A DNA stretch of 64,000 nt. It comes from Octopus bimaculoides. Taxonomy: Eukaryota. Positions 40,075 to 54,226 of this stretch are shown in pieces. Position 1 is the first letter of the stretch, and every line of letters starts with the position of its first letter. The stretch is taken from assembly GCF_001194135.2 (NCBI RefSeq), contig NC_068985.1, positions 88,056,480 through 88,120,479 of the forward strand, in the 5' to 3' direction. The position numbers were made by a program, and so were the translations under genes. A model generated the notes under the pieces. That model was not told where the DNA came from. It saw nothing but the letters and a program-made list of their open reading frames with translations, and searched no databases.

Positions 40075-40075
<1 letters not shown>
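39385..40075 (-). mobile_element. 5'-truncated R4/Dong-like LINE (zinc knuckle, RLE, 3' UTR) flanked by (TAA)n on both sides
   Basis: CRICGDGQEIINCIVFGCPVLAKKEYIHRHDIVGTCIHWKIC; ATILWDMPIHRDRKIKATRPNIVV; CFVIDVSILADDNVSLNKMENLSKYKDLEREVTRTWSLKPETIPTIMGALG; YNIQKIALLGTAHILRKTLSIQ*. Confidence 0.92.
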
Positions 40076-40172
<97 letters not shown>

Positions 40173-40215
40173 CATCATCATTATTATTATTATTATTATT
40201 ATTGTTATTGTTATT
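40076..40215. repeat. (ATT)n microsatellite
   Basis: Direct inspection. Confidence 0.95.
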
Positions 40216-40500
40216 GCTATATGAAAACTGACAGCCTACTTTACTGGGTATAACAGAAAGTGTCAGCTGTCCACAGCCAGCAGACTAAGGTGACAATTGT
40301 TTTACTGGTTGCGCTACAAAAACCCTGCGAAGAATTCTTGCAGTTCCAAGCAATTCTGATTTTTGTTGGTGTTCTACCTTAATACTTGCACCAATCTTTT
40401 TCATGTTGGTAATTGAGTGCTGATACTTCCAAGTGCACCAATTACTATTGGTACCACGTCTACTCTCCTCATTGATTACAACCTTCGTATTCGCCACTTT
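40216..40500 (-). mobile_element. R4/Dong-like LINE extreme 3' end (different subfamily)
   Basis: ORF 40285-40497 contains IKVEHQQKSELLGTARILRRVF. Its 3' UTR runs into the (TAA)n tract. Confidence 0.7.
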
Positions 40501-40614
40501 AAATCGTCCTAGTTGTTTATTTTTCTATTGTCTCCGGGTATGTTATGTCAATTATTATACATGTTCTTTCTTTTTTATTCACTACAATACTATACAGGAA
40601 GAAAAATTATGCAC

Positions 40615-40645
<31 letters not shown>

Positions 40646-41399
40646 TGTACGAATGTGCATGAATTTGTTTCACTTCGGCATTCCAAATTCTTGAGTGAAA
40701 ACATCACGTGATACTTCAATCATTTCCGGTTATGTTCCTCAATTAGAGTTGCAACTTCAATATCTTAGATGGTGTCATAAGTGACAAGCATTGAATTTGG
40801 AGGGCTGCAATCAACCAATAGTTTCGAAAATGTTACTGGAGTGCAGCTGTAGACTATCCACTAAATCTAGCAAAGATAACTAAAATTCCTGTCCTCTCAT
40901 AAAAAAGAAACAACCTCTATGACCATGATAACTATTAACTCATATCATGTTCTAGACATGAAATATATTACTGGTATTTTACGTAAGCTATTGTGAAAAA
41001 TAGATAAGCTGCATTATCACTCGAGGCAACGAAGAAGGAAACAATAGTGTAATATATTTAGTCTGGAATGGCAACACTTACCACCTCAGATATTTTACAC
41101 CAACATTAAACGACTCACAATATCAAGATTAATAGAATTCCTAGTTAAAAGCTGATGAAATCGGCTTATTTTTCATTCTGTTGATGTATCTTAATGAAAT
41201 TATTACTTTCGGGTCATGTTGAGCAATCAGTTCAGTTTAAGAAAGTCAGCTAATTATATCGCAGATGCTGGGGTCATATGAAGTTAATATATTATTTTCA
41301 GCTGATTTCTAAGTATATGTAGCATATTCTAGGCCGGAAAAGCTGAAGATAATTCAATTTGGACATGAAAGTATGTTCGCTTTTATACGTGGTCATTTA

Positions 41400-41985
41400 C
41401 AAAACAAACACTCATATATCATAGCACATACACATATGCATGTGTGCGCGTATACACATACACATACACACGCGTGCACATATATATAATATATATATAC
41501 ACACACATATATGTATATATATATATCATAGACACCCACATTTTTATATACATACACACACGCGCGCGTACACACACAAACACACGCACACACACACATA
41601 TATATATATTAATACATACATACACATATGAATGTATGCGCATATATATTTACGTGTGTATACACGCATGTATGTATGTGGAGGTGTTTCTCCTCTGTGT
41701 GTGTCTGCGTGTATATTTCTATATGCAGGAAGACACCTAAAGTTTTGTACACTTACTACAAAACATTATTTAGTACTCTATAGTTAGATTGATGTATAGG
41801 GATTGTGTGTGTGTATTGTGCGATCATATAAGTATATGTGCGTGAATCTGCATATGCACACAATAGTATATATAAATATATATACATGAGTGTGTGTATG
41901 TATGTATAAACACACGCATGCACCCGCACACATGCACATACATATATGTATATATACACACACACATATATATTAAATGAAATAC
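41400..41985. repeat. Long degenerate alternating purine-pyrimidine (AT/AC/GT) field
   Basis: Direct inspection. Confidence 0.85.
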
Positions 41986-42094
41986 AGTGTTCTAATGGAT
42001 TTGTAATAGGAATTCATTTTTTTATACGACATGATTTCCGAATTCAAAACTTCTTTGGCGCCGAGACACAGAAAATGCATCGTTTTAGTTTACA

Positions 42095-42996
42095 TACATG
42101 AATATATATATATATATANNNNNNNNNNNNNNNNNNNNNNNNNNNNNNNNNNNNNNNNNNNNNNNNNNNNNNNNNNNNNNNNNNNNNNNNNNNNNNNNNN
42201 NNNNNNNNNNNNNNNNNNNNNNNNNNNNNNNNNNNNNNNNNNNNNNNNNNNNNNNNNNNNNNNNNNNNNNNNNNNNNNNNNNNNNNNNNNNNNNNNNNNN
42301 NNNNNNNNNNNNNNNNNNNNNNNNNNNNNNNNNNNNNNNNNNNNNNNNNNNNNNNNNNNNNNNNNNNNNNNNNNNNNNNNNNNNNNNNNNNNNNNNNNNN
42401 NNNNNNNNNNNNNNNNNNNNNNNNNNNNNNNNNNNNNNNNNNNNNNNNNNNNNNNNNNNNNNNNNNNNNNNNNNNNNNNNNNNNNNNNNNNNNNNNNNNN
42501 NNNNNNNNNNNNNNNNNNNNNNNNNNNNNNNNNNNNNNNNNNNNNNNNNNNNNNNNNNNNNNNNNNNNNNNNNNNNNNNNNNNNNNNNNNNNNNNNNNNN
42601 NNNNNNNNNNNNNNNNNNNNNNNNNNNNNNNNNNNNNNNNNNNNNNNNNNNNNNNNNNNNNNNNNNNNNNNNNNNNNNNNNNNNNNNNNNNNNNNNNNNN
42701 NNNNNNNNNNNNNNNNNNNNNNNNNNNNNNNNNNNNNNNNNNNNNNNNNNNNNNNNNNNNNNNNNNNNNNNNNNNNNNNNNNNNNNNNNNNNNNNNNNNN
42801 NNNNNNNNNNNNNNNNNNNNNNNNNNNNNNNNNNNNNNNNNNNNNNNNNNNNNNNNNNNNNNNNNNNNNNNNNNNNNNNNNNNNNNNNNNNNNNNNNNNN
42901 NNNNNNNNNNNNNNNNNNNNNNNNNNNNNNNNNNNNNNNNNNNNNNNNNNNNNNNNNNNNNNNNNNNNNNNNNNNNNNNNNTATATATGTAGATAT

Positions 42997-43033
<37 letters not shown>

Positions 43034-43125
43034 CATACATACTTACATATATATTTTTATATGTGTGTGTGTGTGTGTGCGCGCGCGCGTACGCGTGTGT
43101 GCATGATAGTGTGTGCGTGCGCATG
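42095..43125. repeat. (AT)n/(GT)n microsatellites around assembly gap 42119-42981
   Basis: Direct inspection. Confidence 0.95.
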
Positions 43126-44589
43126 CATTTTCTTGAAAAAGATACTCATTTCATATGCATGGTTGAATCATATTAAAATTTGAAATAAACAACTAGAAGA
43201 AAACGCAAGATGGAAAGAAAGAAAGCAGATCTGCATACCTAGTTGAAATGGATCCACAAGTAATACTATGGCTTTCTCTAAATTATTCAGAGCACACTTC
43301 CCTATCTGCTACAGATATAACAAGATTTTCAATAAAATTGTTTGGAGCGCGGCAGGAGGTTTTTCATTAGCGGGGGATTACAAATGTGTAATCAAAACAA
43401 AAATCTGTAAAGACGAAGCAAACAGAGGTAATGAAAACTAACTGCTATGATATGATTAGATGCACCACAAAGGCAAAAGGCATATATAATAAAGAATGTG
43501 GACGTAGATACATATGTATATAGAGACAACTTTGTCTACATATGCACAGATACACATGTACATAGATATGTTTTATCTCTTTCTGTTTCCAGTCACAAGA
43601 CAGCAGCTCCGCTGGGTCACCGTCTCGTAGAATTGCTTGAAGTCTCGTACTTAGTCAATTAGTCTATTTTGTAGAGTTGTTAAATTACCGGTTAAGTGGT
43701 GTTTGGGAAAAATATAAACACACAAAGATACAACTAAATAATAGGCACACACCCACACATATACACAGATAGATATATAAATACATACATCAGACACACA
43801 CATGCACACATGTATGTATTTTCATACACAGCGACCTCTGTTGCTATAAAACAATTTTCTCAGCTTATCGAACTTCGATACGAGAAAACGTTGGAACCTT
43901 CTACGTTAATAAACTACTATCGTTCCTGAAAGTTGATCATTTAGACGTTCTACGGACTGGTCGATGCATATCATCTTCTTAGACTTGATCCGATTGAGGA
44001 TAACGTTACTAATGTAACACCACTTTAAATTTCCAGAATGGATTTGTTGTCTAGATCTCATGATTTTAGTAGGTTGAGTAATTCAGAAAACTTGTGTAAT
44101 TCCTTGATGTAAAAGATGGGAATTTTTCTTAAGGGAAAAAAATCACTGTTTAGCCTGAAGGTAAATTCGGTCTACTGCTCCATTTGAAATGAAAAGAAAA
44201 TCAGAAGTACCTGGTTGGCATGTTGGTAAAATCTTTACTTTACACATCTTGCTAAATTTCAGTCGAATAACACACTAGTCATTTCGTCGCAGGGAAGACG
44301 TAATCATCTGTAATTTTTAGAAGACTTTAAAATGAGGGTTGGTTTTACGTGTTGTGACTCACATTACTCCGTGACTCGTCAGAAACTACTTTGAACGTTG
44401 AAATCTCATACAAAAATAGATTGAAGTTGATAGGACAGTGTGTATCTTCGTCACTGCTATAAGATTGTAATTTATATATCACCAAATTTAAGGTAATTCA
44501 TACACACACACAAACATCCGTGCACCTGCAAACACACATGCGCATAGAATCTCTCTCTATCCCACACAGACACACGTATATCTATCCAA

Positions 44590-44613
44590 CTATATATGTA
44601 TATATACATATAC

Positions 44614-44656
<43 letters not shown>

Positions 44657-44904
44657 CATTGAAAATACACTGGGCGTCTTTTAGATGGTTTGCTTTTAAA
44701 GGCTTAGCAGGTTTCATAGATTTTGCTGATTTTGAAATGCTAAATGAGTCAGAAAGACATGGGCAAATCTCATATCTGTCCTACTTTTGATTGACTTCGA
44801 AAAGCTCTTGTTTTTATCGAGTGAATATGTTTGAAATTAATATTTCTATAGTTAGTTTATTAGCTAGTTATTTAGTAAGTTAGTTTTTTTAGTTAGTTAG
44901 ATAA

Positions 44905-44975
<71 letters not shown>
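44590..44975. repeat. (AT)n at 44590-44660 and (AGAT)n at 44895-44975
   Basis: Direct inspection. Confidence 0.9.
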
Positions 44976-44976
<1 letters not shown>

Positions 44977-46159
44977 AAAGAATGATAGAATGATAGATTT
45001 ACATATAATATAGATATTAATGTAAATAGATATATGTGTAAATATCCTGTATGTACGTAAAAAACATTTCTCTGTTCATGCATGTATGTTCTCTTATCTA
45101 CATACTCATATATACTATACATACACTCAAATACTCACAGGTGTAAGGAAACACATAAATACGTACATGCATTCATACATATATACCACACATACACACA
45201 CACAAACACACACAGACATGTTGCTCATGCTATGGTTAAGGAGAATTAAAACTGAAGTGATCAGAATATCTCGTTAATGTATCATGGAATATTGAAATTT
45301 CGCACGTTTCATCAAGAGCACACAACAGACTTGTAATTAAAATAATATATGATATTTTCAGTGTATTTCTATATCTCTTTTACGGCACATTCCAATTCTG
45401 TATGAGGCGTATTGGAGATATGTAGTTAAGTAAACGTGAAGGGCATTCACGTTTTACACTTTAATTTAATGTTTAAATGATTTCAGTCTCCACTGTGTAC
45501 ACAACAGGTATGCAGTTGTGGGTTACATAAAATGTTTTTAATGTCGTCAGTTTTTGACATTTATATAGGCAATCTATCAGATCAAATACCGATGTACGGT
45601 GGTATGATATGAAATAAGAACAGAAATTCTCGTTTCAGTAGTTAATGGAATATTTAAACCACATTAGTTGCTTTAATGATAGACAGCAACCTTATGGTTA
45701 AAATAACTTGCTGAAGCGTTTTAGAGTAATCAATACGTGCCGCCTGTATCAACATTATATTTGGGTTTTAATGTAGAATATACCCGTCCTACGGAAAGAG
45801 AAAATTACGTGAGAGTGGAATTGAGTGTTGGAAGCTTTAATTGAAAATTGAAATTACGAAAGCTGCATTAACGATGTATATCTTGATCAAGATTGAAATA
45901 AACACGATTAGGAAGTTTTCAAGAGATTGTTATATATCTTTCGCACAAACGGCAAAATATTCGCAAAAACAAAATCGGAATATGATTAGTTAACAGTATA
46001 GAGCCATTTATTTGATTTATGATATAAAATAAAAAAAGCATTAGAATATGAGCAAAAAACCTGTGATGTTTCGATGTTTTCTGTATCATACGAAAGCAAA
46101 CAAGTTCGCTGTTGCTAATGAAGTGATAAGTTAATAAATACATAAATGGTTATTAGTTT

Positions 46160-46660
<501 letters not shown>

Positions 46661-47314
46661 CAACACATACCCATGCATATATGACCATTTAATGGATATG
46701 AAACATCAGTATGCGTATTATAAACTGTGTCAGCAACGTGGTTGTCGGAGATTTCTGGACAGTTATCGATGAAACTGCCATCAATATCTCCTGCTCAAAT
46801 CATTTGATGACAATTTTAAAATTATGCTGAAACAGAAAGTTATATCTCACGAAGAAACGTGAAGACCATATTCCAACAACGTTTAAGTATATTAGCTCGT
46901 TCCATTTAGAAGGTCAATCGATTTTATTGCTGTAAATATTATCATAATTTACACTGTAAATCTATTTAGAGTATAAAATAGAGGAACACACAAAGAATAT
47001 ATATTTATACCTATCCACATGTGTCAGTGTGTTTATCCACTCAGCTAGCTGTGTACTCTTCCATGTCGCTCCACGTAAATATTTTTCGGGTATCGTTTAT
47101 AAAGGAGTATTAAGTAGACTGTGCAGCTTTAGTTTCGCTGTTTTCTGGAGTTAAAGGTATAGTCCTTTAGCTGGAGGAGTTCTAGTAGAGACGTTGATTC
47201 CCATAAATTTAGTTGCAGTAGATGTTTACGACTTGAAATCTTCTTGGTTGTAATTTTTACAATAAGCATGGAATAGGCGGGGCGATTATCAGCTGGCCTA
47301 ATTACCCCAAACAC

Positions 47315-47480
47315 TGGCAGTATCGGAATCCCGCTGGGAAAAATGTTTCATTTCATGTCTTCTACTTTACGTTCAGAGTTCAAATTCCATTTCGAGGTCA
47401 ATAAAATAAATACCAGTTGACTACTGGCGTCGATATAATCGACTCACACCTAACCCCAAAATTCATGCCTTGTATATATA
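47315..47480 (+). mobile_element. SINE family 1, internally deleted
   Basis: ctttacgttcagagttcaaattcc..aaataccagttgactactggcgtcgatataatcgac. Confidence 0.7.
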
Positions 47481-47894
47481 ACAGGAAGGATTATTACTCC
47501 CACAACATATATACATATAAAAACATAGACATGCATACGCACACAGGAATGTGCATATGCAAGCGCGCGTGCACACACACACACACACACAGAGCACACA
47601 TACCGTGTCTACAGGGTAAATTTCAGAGTCAGGATAAGTGGAAAAACAAACAATATCCCATCTAAAAGTGCTTAACAAATTTGTAAAATCTCAAATAGAT
47701 TTTATTGATTGGAGATAAAAGTTTAGTCTAAGCTACCCCAGCTTATATCACAGTCATATGACTGAGGCACCTGGCGCAAGGATTTTGTTCGCTGGTCTTA
47801 GGAAGATTGAAGAGTGCATTCTTGATATTCACCACAAGTTCTGTCTTGTTATTTTAGGCACAATATGTATGTATGTATGTATGTATGAATGTAT

Positions 47895-48573
47895 GCAACC
47901 ATTTATGCAACGCTTCTTTTATATCTTCCTCTGCAGGAAATCGACGACCACGTAACCGATCTTTGAGTGGTCCAAATATATAATAGTCAGAAAGGGCAAG
48001 ATCTGGGCCGTATGCAGTGTGTTCCAGCATTCAAAACCCAATTAGTTAATAGTTTCAACGATCTGAGTATCCGTGTATGGACCTGAATTGTCATTAAACA
48101 ACAAAACTTCCTTTGACCATAGTCTTAGGCCTTTGGTGCGAATTGCTGGCTTCAATTTGTTGGCCAGCAAATCACTGTATCTTGCACTTCTGAGTGTTCA
48201 CGCATTTTCCTGGTACTCTTCTAGTATGGTCCCTTTTGAGTCCGCAAAACCTTTCCCACGGAAGACCGAGTGTTGAATGTTTTCGTCACTGGCAAGACTA
48301 GATGTTTCCATTACATACTTTTGGATTCTGTCTCGCAATAATGGACTCACGTTTCATCTCCTGTTACTATTATGCTCTTTGTTCTTTTTTGGTGCACATT
48401 GATAGTGGAGCGGCCATGCTTGCACTGTAATGCCAGAAAGAAAGAAATCGCGTGAGCAGGCTCAAGCTTCGATCACGTGACCACCTACAAGCACTCATGC
48501 ACAGACGGCAATGTGACAATAATGAAGATATGTTTCGGTGAAACTGCTTGAAACTTTTTGACTTCCCCTCCGA
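47895..48573 (-). mobile_element. Mariner transposon relic with internal deletion
   Basis: TIR-like end CGGAGGGGAAGTCAAAAAGT at 48573-48554. ATG at 48417 gives MAAPLSMCTKKEQRA, joined to IVTGDET*VHY, then KLKPAIRTK, an HDN-like region, EHTAYGPDLALSDY (YSPDLAPSD motif) and FGPLKDRLRGRRF. Confidence 0.9.
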
Positions 48574-48583
48574 CATATACACA

Positions 48584-48627
<44 letters not shown>

Positions 48628-49553
48628 GCACAAATATACAAACTACATCCATTGTCGTTATTACTTTATAATCAATCGAAGCGTTCATTTCTTGACTGTA
48701 GCAATTGTGGCTTTATCGATACGACTGAATGTTCGTTGAAAATTTGTAATATATTTCGATGAAACGAAATGCTTTATGTACGAAACTTTACTTTTTTAAA
48801 GTGCTGGATTCAAAAACGTGATTTGGCAATGATTTTGCACAAAAGCTAGGAATAAATAACACATCGTGAGAGAATTGATCATTATTTAAGAGACTAAATG
48901 AGGACGCAAGAGAGTGAGGGAAATGAAATGAAAGAGAATGTTGTAGTCAGACATATGGAATTAACAACAATTGGTTTGAAGCGAAGACTGATTACACAAT
49001 GCACGTGCAAGGTGTCTTGTGTGGAGATAGTTGCATTGAGGCATTTACAGGCCAGAGGTTGTCTTGAAACGAAACAAAAAGATTAGTAAACATCTTATGA
49101 AATCGCTCAGCTTGCTAAATAAAACAAGCCATTCTATGAAAAACAAACAAATATCGGATGACAATCTCAACGGCGAAACAATAAATAGGTAACTTTGAAA
49201 AGTCTGAATACCTTCATGAATTTTTACAATCTACGCTTTTCTGTGGTTAAAAAACCGGAGTAATAATAATAAATATTTTGAGATACACAACAACTTTAGT
49301 CTATTCTAGTCTGTCAGTCCTGTAGTTTATATTTAAACTTAAAACAACATAAGACTTAAAATAGCAACAGTGAAACCAAATGATGTCAACTACAATTGAA
49401 ATTTTGATCGATGACCCTTAACTGAACAGTGAACTCTGCATAGATTAACACTAAACTTCTTAATATGTTCAGGAACTTCTGCTTATGAAACTGGCCGGAA
49501 TCCAATTCAATTAAACTGGTAGGATTTACGGCCAAACATAATGATTACACAAA

Positions 49554-50041
49554 NNNNNNNNNNNNNNNNNNNNNNNNNNNNNNNNNNNNNNNNNNNNNNN
49601 NNGCTGGTAGATGCATTTATACAAAATTCCATACACATAATACATGCATTTACATATGCACATATGCATATGTAAAGATATTGATACAGAGATATATAAA
49701 CTGTTACACACGTATATACATATTTAAATAAATATATATATAGATGTGTGAATGTGTGGTTATATATCTGTGTATGTATATATCTGTATGTATGCGTGTA
49801 TACGTGTTTGTGTTTGTTTGTAGATACATACTCACATACACACGTACACACATACATATATATGTATATATGTATATGTATNNNNNNNNNNNNNNNNNNN
49901 NNNNNNNNNNNNNNNNNNNNNNNNNNNNNNNNNNNNNNNNNNNNNNNNNNNNNNNNNNNNNNNNNNNNNNNNNNNNNNNNNNNNNNNNNNNNNNNNNNNN
50001 NNNNNNNNNNNNNNNNNNNNNNNNNNNNNNNNNNNNNNNNN

Positions 50042-50075
<34 letters not shown>
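49554..50075. repeat. AT/GT/GA microsatellites with assembly gaps 49554-49602 and 49882-50041
   Basis: Direct inspection. Confidence 0.9.
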
Positions 50076-50077
<2 letters not shown>

Positions 50078-51149
50078 ATTAATATAGATACAGATATACA
50101 TACGAATACATGTACCTATGTTAATATATATTAAGAATATATGTTAAAGCTTTGAAGATAAACGTACACAAATAAACATTACACAACTCACACTTCCGAT
50201 GCACGCGTCGCATGAAGTTAGGAGCCATGAAATAACGTCATGCATATAAATGAAAGTGAAGATCGTACTACTTGCATTTAATGCATTTTCCTTCAGTTTG
50301 TGAACATAAGTCTTGACATAATAACGTAACTAAATGTATATAACTTCTCTTAGAATTAATTGGAAGATGCTACTCGTATTTCATGTCCATGCGTTTGATC
50401 AGGAAATTATAGAAATCCTAGAACATCTGTTGCAGACCTTGATTTCGGGAGATGACGTAGTTACTGCTAAGTTTGGATTGTACAATGTAAGGAAGAGTGT
50501 TGATAACCGATTATAAGGCTTTGAGGTAACTTTGCAGATGTTAGAACATGTAGGGCCTGATGGATTTTGCCTATAAGAATTATTCCATTTAAGGTGACCG
50601 GATGTTATTTGAGTCATCCTGCAGCTAGTTGTGAGGGTTATGTTAAACCATAGAAAATCTCAATCAAAGTTAGCAGATTTAAACGCTGATAAAGTGTGCG
50701 CTTTGGCACATTTTTCGGTGTTTGGTGTGCATATTTAAATATTTCAATCATATTTTCCAGATTCTAGAGAACGAGTATGGAGTATTCTTTATCCCTCGAC
50801 ATAAATAATCCTGACACTTGTATTATCGATTCTTATACAAGCTTCCGGTGAGTCCCGTATGACTCTTTTCAATACTTTTGAGAGGCGGTAATAGTTGCTC
50901 CAGAAGAAACGAAATTTTTTCAGGTATAATTCTTGACGTATATAATTTGACGACGTCTCTGTAGTTATAGAAAAATAATCAAGATCTTTATCTATAGATT
51001 AATATTCTCTTCTATCCAGGCAGCACTAGGTGACTTTAACAATTTATACAATGAACAGATTGTTGTTTTTGTAGATAAAAGAAAAATATGTATGTATGTG
51101 TATATATATATATAATGTAGAAAGTGTGGTGGGTAATTACACGTGCTTG

Positions 51150-53725
51150 AGTATATACAAAAAGAAATATGAAAAAGACACAGGAAATTTGTTTTAAAAG
51201 ACCAAAGAATATATTAGTATCATAATAGTAAAAAGTATTATACAATATTGTTCAAAATATTTTTTTTCTTTTTACAACAATATCGCTTTTCAAATTAAGA
51301 GTTTTTGGTGAATGTCTGCATTAGACATTTTAACCAACTTATTTTACAGTAAATCGGAGGTAAATCTGTAATTTATTATATTTGTCTATATTTGATTATT
51401 ACAATAGTTGGTGTAAATCTATAATTTTCAGTATGGGTTTATATTTAATTTTGGCTTATATTGTTCGATAACTGGAGTCTCTTTATTTGGTTTACTTGTG
51501 TTCGGATCGAAATAGCAAGTTGATATAATGGGAAGATTAGGAATTGTGGTTGCAGCTGTTCTGCACATCTGTCAATGTGCACATTGATGTATATCTAGCA
51601 ATATATTGTGGAGGATAACTCTTGTCTGTGGTCCGCACATATCCATGCGATCAACATTCCTCCCGATTTTATATAGTTTATTATGGCCGCCCGAGAATCT
51701 GATAACTTAAATGATGTTTTTAGAGGCGAAAGTGAAACTAGATTCAACTTTGAATTCTTGCCATTGTCTAAAATGGAATACTGAACCTTCCAAAGGATTG
51801 GGACCTCTTCCACTGTTTGGACAACCACAGCTTTTTTACATTTGCGTCCGTTATTCATGAAAATAATTTTGCATTTGTGAGGATCTTCTTTAATGTCTTT
51901 AGTCGTTAACTGCTTTTAATGACTTTATGGGTACTTAGAATTTCCTTAAGTTTGGGATCATTATGGAATATAGGGAGATTTTGAACAATGATGTTAAATG
52001 CGCCTTTGTTTCTGGGTGGTATGTGGTGACATACACGAGTGTTTTCAGAGTGGATGTGTTATTGTGTTCGACTTTGTTCAATGATTTTACGTCAAACGAT
52101 TTTGCAAGTTTACCCCTTTCATCTATGAGCTTACTTTGGTAGTGTTAGTCCTGGAGTACGCTTTTAAGCTCTTGCAATCTTAGTTCTCTGATATTTATTT
52201 CGTACACTATGGTGAAATTTCTTCTTGCAAAGTTGAAGGAGATATTTGTTTTGATATATCTTTGAAGGCATGAGCTAAATAATAGATATTGTTTAGCATC
52301 TGTGTTATTGTAAAAAATGTCCGTTTCTATGTTTTGTTTACTTTTTAGCCAGGATGTTTAGGAATTGGAGTTCCTCTTGGTTGTGTTCCATTGTAAATTC
52401 TATGTTGGTGTTAATACTATTAAGAAGTATTTTGAATTCCAGGACTTTATCTATGCTGTCATTTAAGAGGATGATGTAGTGGTCCAAAAATCTTTTCCAA
52501 TTTTCTTTTATGTATTGGGGGAGAGGGTTTCCAAATTTACTAACTGGCTCCTGGTATATTGTTATTTCTAAATAGGCCATTGCTAGGTTACCAATGGTCA
52601 GGGCTGCATTGCTGTTGCTTTGAAAGATGAATCTTATTGATTCGATTAAGAAATCTTTGTTGATGGGTGCTGGCATTTCTTCTGCATATTTGTCCAGTCA
52701 GAACCAGATTGCTTCTATTCCATAATTATGGAGTATGTTAGTGTGTAGCTTTATTACACCAAATGTAAACATAACTGTTTCTTCCATGGCCTTTTCTGGT
52801 AGGTTATTTAATATATATATAAGTCATATGTAATATAACTTCTGAAGTATTTTAGAAAAGGTTTCAGGAAGATGTCCATGAGGTACCTTAATCGATGTGT
52901 TTCAGAAGCTGGTCCAGCTATAAGAGTGCTGGTGATGGTGTGTGCATGTATGCGTGTATGCTTTGAGGATATTTTGATGGTTTCGTTCATAGCTTGGCTT
53001 TTGTGAATTTTCGGTAGACCATAGAATAAGCTGGGCTTACAAATTTCTGCTTTGGTAGAATTTTTAATCTTATGCTTGTTACGAAGATTTATGTTCCAGA
53101 TGTTTTCTATTTTCCTTTTAATTAAATGGATAGTTGATAATACGGGGTCGTGGTGGGTTTCAATTAGTGTGGGTCGGTTACTGTCCGGTTTGCTTCTACG
53201 GTCCACATACAAGATATATGCGCCACACAAAATCGCTACATATATATCTATAAACACATTGTCAGATGCACAGAACAACGGCAACCGCAGTCCCTAATCT
53301 TCCCATTTATCAACTTGCTATTTGGATCCCTAAACAAATGCCACCAAATAAAGAGACCTCATTTATTGAAAAATATAAGCCGGAATCAAATATAAACCCA
53401 TATTGAAAATTAAAGATTTGCTCCAACTATTGTAAGAATCAAGTGGAGACCAATATACAAAATTACAGATTTACCTCCCCTTTACTGTAAAATACGTTGC
53501 TTACCAATTATTCCCCCTAGCAAACAAATTGTCTAATTCAGAAATTCATCAAAAACTTACAATTCGAAAAGCGATAACGAACCCGGGTAAAAGGTTAGAA
53601 CGAACAAAAACCTTATTTTGAACAATATTGTATAATACTTTTTGCTATTGTGATTCTAATATATTCTTTAGTCTTTTAAACCAAATATAATGTGTTTTTT
53701 TGCAACTTATTTCTTTTCATATATA
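51150..53725 (-). mobile_element. Penelope-like element (RT plus GIY-YIG endonuclease) pseudogenised, with ~500-bp inverted terminal arms
   Basis: Minus strand RT motifs: FYGLPKIHKS..LIAGPASETHRL..DIFLKPFLK; KLHTNILHNYGIEAI; IGNLAMAYLE..WKRFLDH..LLNSINTNIEFTME..LQFLNIL. EN motifs: FKVESSFTFASKNII*VI..NKETPVIEQYKPKLN. Region 51150-51635 recurs inverted at 53195-53725. Confidence 0.88.
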
Positions 53726-53974
53726 TTTTTAAGGAATATTTTCTTACCAAGAACATTAGATTCGCCATGCATGATAAATTAACCGAAATCACACTGAACA
53801 ACTCAGTTATGATCTTGTATTAGAAACTTTGTGTATCTTAACGAAAGCCTTTGTAGTTACCAATGTTCTCACAAATGATTCCATATACTCTCAATTTCAC
53901 TTATTCACTCATGTCAGATATAATTCAAAAATCTGTAGTATATATATATATATATATACACACACGAGGGACCT

Positions 53975-54125
53975 CTTTCAGTTTCCGTCTACCAAACCCA
54001 CTCACAAAGCTTTGGTGAGCCCGAAGCTATAGTGGAAGACAGCTGCCGAAATTGCCACGCAGTGGGACTGAAACCAGAACCATGTGGTTGAGAAGTAAGC
54101 TTCTTGTCACACAGCCTCTCCTGTT
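53975..54125 (-). mobile_element. SINE family 2 head (tRNA-like) and body
   Basis: ctttcagtttccgtctaccaaacccactcac..gccacgcagtgggactgaaaccagaaccatgtggttgagaagtaagcttctt..cacacagcc. Confidence 0.85.
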
Positions 54126-54165
54126 CACTTTCTCATGTTTCGTCACTTCTTCCTTGGCTCGCTAC

Positions 54166-54226
54166 TTCTCGGCGTCTTCTCGGCGTCTTCTCGGCGTCTT
54201 CTCGGCGTCTTCTCGGCGTCTTCTCG
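54166..54226. repeat. Perfect 11-bp GC-rich minisatellite (TTCTCGGCGTC) x5.5
   Basis: Five identical units at 54166-54220 plus partial TTCTCG. Confidence 0.95.

Noticed and set aside
50761-50846. Exon-like segment with strong acceptor (ttttccAG) and donor (CCG|GTGAGT)
   Set aside because: All three frames contain stops. At most it is a non-coding exon, and there is no other support.
54166-54226. CRISPR-like array or any prokaryotic system
   Set aside because: The repeats are contiguous without spacers, no cas genes or operons are present, and the window is eukaryotic repeat-rich DNA.
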